This document shows positions 60,431-64,000 of a stretch of DNA of 64,000 nt, piece after piece (position 1 is the stretch's first letter; the number at the start of each line of letters is the position of its first letter). Origin of the DNA: Cyanophora paradoxa CCMP329 (Eukaryota; Plantae; Glaucophyta); NCBI GenBank assembly GCA_004431415.1, contig QPMI01000260.1:1-64000 (forward strand), written 5' to 3'. The notes below the pieces were generated by a model. That model searched no databases and was not told where the DNA came from. It saw only the letters and a program-made list of their open reading frames with translations. Position numbers and translations under genes: made by a program.

Positions 60431-61274
60431 GCACGTTTGGCGAGCTGTGGCGAATTTAATTTTTCCGGGAAGGTCGTGCCACTTCGTCTGGAAGATGTGC
60501 GTGAAGACACAAGCTTTGTATTTTTCATGGCGAACAAAAGCACAGATGAGAGCTGGGGATGAGCGTGAATTCAGGTAAATTAACTATAAACCTCGAGGGG
60601 CGGGGAGAGGGGCGGGGGAGAGGAGGGGCGTACTAGTGCGCCCCAGCCGGTGCCGCTTCGTTGACGATCTAGACAGTTGTACCCCCCTCAACCCACCAGT
60701 CTGGCACCAGACTGGCACCAGTCTGGCACCAGACCGGCAGAATCCGGCACCAGTCACGCCCACGCGCCACGAGCTTTCTAGATCTCCATGTGCACATTGA
60801 TAACACTGGCATGCTAGCCGCGGACAACGCAGGCTAGAAGCGGCGGTGCTAACTACGGGGGCGAGAAGCCGCGGACGACGCAGGCAGGGCCCTCTGAAGG
60901 GGGGCGCGCAACTTCCCCCTGGGGGTTCCTACAAACTACGATGGGGACGAGGGGGGGGGGCCTGCCGCGGCGGGGCCCGCAGGTCTAGGCGAAGACGGAG
61001 GAGCTAGGCCGGGCTCGAGGGAGGAAGCACCAAGAGCGTCGCATAGCGCGGAGCGCGTCAGCAGTTGCATACAGGCTGCAGACAGAACGCCTACAGCTAG
61101 AACGCCGTGGCAGTCGATGCAGCTCCCAGCTGCCTTCATAGGCGTTTCTGCAGGCCCCAACTTTCTTCGCGGCGCGCTCCCCGCGTGCGCATGCTGATTT
61201 CGTGCGCAGGAACGCAAGATCACCAACTAGAGCAGAAGACAAGACAAGACTAGTGCAAGCTCCCCAGCCGAGCA

Positions 61275-62565
61275 TGCCCTGCACCTGTCCCCGGAGGATG
61301 TGCGGTCGCGCCGACAGCTGCTTACGTGCATCGCCTCTGCCACAATCGCCCTTGCAGTCGGCAGCTGCCAGACAGGTCGTCCGCCCTCACAGGGCGTCGA
61401 CGCGGCGAAGCTCCTGCCGCGCACCTGGATTACGCATTGAGGTCGAGTAGACCAGCGCGCTGAGTCGCGAAGATCCTCTGCGCGCGCTGGAGTCGGCTGG
61501 AGTCTACCTCACCCCAATCCTCTTCACATCCTCTGCGAGAGCTACACGCTTCCAGGTGAATGATTTCGCTGTGCCTCTCACCCTCGCTCACCAGAGTTCC
61601 CTGCAGAAGTTCCGCTCCGCCATGCGCTCGGCAATCGAGGATCCCCTGTTCCTCGACTTTCTCAGTGCGTGCCCCGTCGCCTTTGCAGCACCATGCCTGG
61701 CCAGCCCGAACGCCGGCGCAGGCTACGTTCAGTACAAGGTGATCGCGGGGCTCGTGAAGGGGCGCGCGGCGCGCCTCGCCTTCTTGAACGCTGCGGCGAG
61801 ATCCTTCTCGAGAAGCTGCTTCCCCCCGGCTCCCTCCCCGGCGTCCCCGGTCCGTCCTCCCCGGCCCCTGCAGCGGACGCGGCCCTTCTAGATCTCCAGG
61901 ACTCTGAGCGCTCTGCGGCAGATGAGGTGCGTGCGGGCGTGGACGGCATCGTCGACCGCTTCTCGCGAGCGAACTTCATGCGCAGCTGCACTGTGCGCTC
62001 ACCCCGCGCCCGGCGTCTCGCCGGCGGGGCGCTCAAGGCTCGCAGCACAGGTGCGGTGGGGTGCGGAGGGCGAGCTCCCGGACCTGGTGCTCGCGCTGGA
62101 GGAGCCGGCGACGCTCTCGGCAGCGAGCGGGCTCGCCGCGAGCGACGGATGGCCCTTCCACACCTTCCTCGACGCCACCGTCGCCGCCTGCCTGAAGCGC
62201 ATGGGCTTCCAGGTCTGCTCCGCCCGACCCCCGCGCCCCGACCTCGCCCGACGTGGCGCCGGTGCGCTTTTGCTTTCACCATTTTTAGTAGTAATTGTAA
62301 TTTCATAACCACAAGGTGTTTTGCGAGGCGCACGACCTGCCCACAGCCTCTGCCATTCTCAACTTCTCCATCGAGCCCCGGCCCCCAGCCCCCGCGCTCC
62401 GGTAGCGCCCCTCATCGCACCCCGGCGCCCGGACACCAGCCACAGCACCCGCTCGCACCCCGCCTCATCGCCCCAGCTTCGCCCCTTACGCTCAGCCCCC
62501 CACCCTTCACCCCCCTACCTCGTACCCTCGGCAAGCCGGCAGAGGTGTCGGTCTTTGGTTTGTAG
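61275..62565 (+). CDS. Hypothetical multi-exon protein
   Basis: Coding-like exons (QKFRSAMRSAIEDPLFLDFL, WPFHTFLDATVAACLKRMGFQ) with GT-AG gaps; unrecognised. Confidence 0.3.
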
Positions 62566-62602
62566 CATACGTTAGTAATCGGCGGTGCGGGGTGGGCGGG
62601 GG

Positions 62603-63925
62603 CTACGCGGCCTTCTTGGGGGGCCGCCCGCGGGGCCGCGGGGCGGCGGGGGTGGGGGCCTGGGCGACGATGCCCTCCTGGTAGCGGATGCAGGCGTACC
62701 AGCTGGAGCCGCCCAGGCAGGTCACGATGCCGACCGCGTTCAGCGGGGAGATGGGGTTCTGGAAGATGGCGGCGCCGAGGGCGGTTTGGATCATGCCCTT
62801 GGCGGTGCCGGCGATGGTGTGCGTAAGGGGGCTGGTGTGCTTGATCTGGAGGAAGGTGGCGATGTTGATGAGGTAGCCGACGAGGGCGGCGCCCGTCATG
62901 TACTGCCAGAAGGTCCGGTCGTACAGGAAGCCGCTCTCCCGCAACACGGTGAAGTCTCCCATGAAGTACGTGATCGGGCCCAGCAGCACCACCGCGATCG
63001 CCGTGTTATAGATCTGCAGCAGGCAGTCGTCGTTCTCCAGCGCCCGCATCGTCCGCTTCACCCCGTGCCCGTACAGCGCCAGCAACACGCTCGATAACAG
63101 GCCCCAGAACACGCCCAGCCACGAGAAGCGCAGCTCGCCCAGCGAGGCGATGAGGTAGCCCGCGACGACGACGGTGCAGGCCGCCACCACCCGCCGCGAC
63201 GGGTACTTGCTTTCCAGCAGGCGCAGCAGCACAATCTGGAACACGATGTTCAGGTTCCGCACGACCTGCTCTCGCGCGTCAGCACCGTGGTGCCCCGTCC
63301 ACGCCAATGTGAGCGGCACCTGGTAGAAGGAGACCTCCACATACATGAGGCAGAGGTTGTTGGCGGTGAGCATCGCCACGTACAGCATGCCGAGCGGCAG
63401 GCAGGTCTTCACGCGGTCCCAGCGGAGCTCCAGGGGCCGCCCGTACACGCCCGTCGTGCCCAGCACGGCGATGGCTATGAAAGCAACCACAAGCTGGTAC
63501 CAGGTGATGAGCAGCGGGCGCTCAAAGCGGATGTTCTCTAGGACCATGATGAACCTGAAAGCGGGGGGAAGGGGCCGGCTCGCTCAGCTAGGCAACCTGG
63601 GTGGCGGGGCGAGCGCGGCGGACTTATTCAAAAAGACGAGCGAGAGGGAGATGAGCATGTAGAAGACGACGATCGTTGCGATCTTTGCAACCTTCTGCCG
63701 CTTAGCTTCCGCCGCCGTAGCTTCAGCTTGCAGTTGGACCTTCGCTCGGGCTGGGGAAGCAGCGGACTTTGGGGGCCTGCCGCGCTTCGCCGGGCTAGGG
63801 CTCGCCCGACTCGGCGAGACCGACGGTTCGGCTTCGCGTGCGGGCGATGCTGCGGATTTGCGCGGCCTGCCCCGGCCGCGCCTGGCTGGGCTCGCGCTGT
63901 CTTCACGCGTACGCGCTGATTTCAT
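62603..63925 (-). CDS. GDP-fucose transporter (SLC35C1/GFT-like); may extend beyond the window
   Basis: Motifs ISLSLVFLNK, PLLITWYQ, NNLCLMYVEVSFYQVVR and QIKHTSPLTHTIAGTAK. Confidence 0.88.
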
Positions 63926-64000
63926 TCCCGAGCTGCTTGCAGCACTTGCGTCGAGTCCGACGGAGGCAGCTCACAGTTTTTCTTTGCAGAGACTTTGCAG

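Larger units (their letters stand above)
59417..61035. mobile_element. Segment bounded by direct repeats of about 240 bp (59417-59654 and 60790-61035), enclosing a 75-bp tandem array and an ARL8 fragment
   Basis: Repeats are near-identical, differing by small indels. No TSD or PBS found. Confidence 0.55.

Noticed and set aside
59417-61035. LTR retrotransposon or TRIM
   Set aside because: There is no TSD, recognisable PBS or gag/pol, and the repeat ends are not a clean TG…CA.

Overview
This is a eukaryotic chromosome end: a (CCCTAA)n telomere at base 1, then a compact, GC-rich, gene-dense arm with very short (mostly 45-70 nt) spliceosomal introns. TTAGGG telomeres, a nuclear Fd-GOGAT and transit peptides with an early Phe suggest an archaeplastid alga, probably a glaucophyte such as Cyanophora (inference). 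Recognisable genes are kinesin-14, NHP2, RFC5, H2A.X, Fd-GOGAT, a GT8/glycogenin-like protein, a RUN-domain coiled-coil protein, SERF, SMN, a CCP1/Nna1-like carboxypeptidase, SRP14, UCH37, PTPA, a PX sorting nexin, presequence protease and a GDP-fucose transporter. The main highlight is an intron-containing, 5'-truncated Fanzor2 (IS607-TnpB-like RNA-guided nuclease) element at about 47.8-49.3 kb. An internally deleted copy at 5.1-5.6 kb keeps an identical putative omegaRNA scaffold but has a different flank (guide). That copy sits in a roughly 1-kb mosaic of fragments copied from other loci of the same arm, including an SMN exon and the SERF 3' region. Other notable items are a hAT MITE with an 8-bp TSD, a fold-back element inside the telomere, a histone 3' stem-loop on an intron-containing H2A.X, an ARL8 fragment between direct repeats, and paired repeats that differ by short palindrome-creating insertions. 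Gene boundaries were spliced by eye and are approximate where stated.
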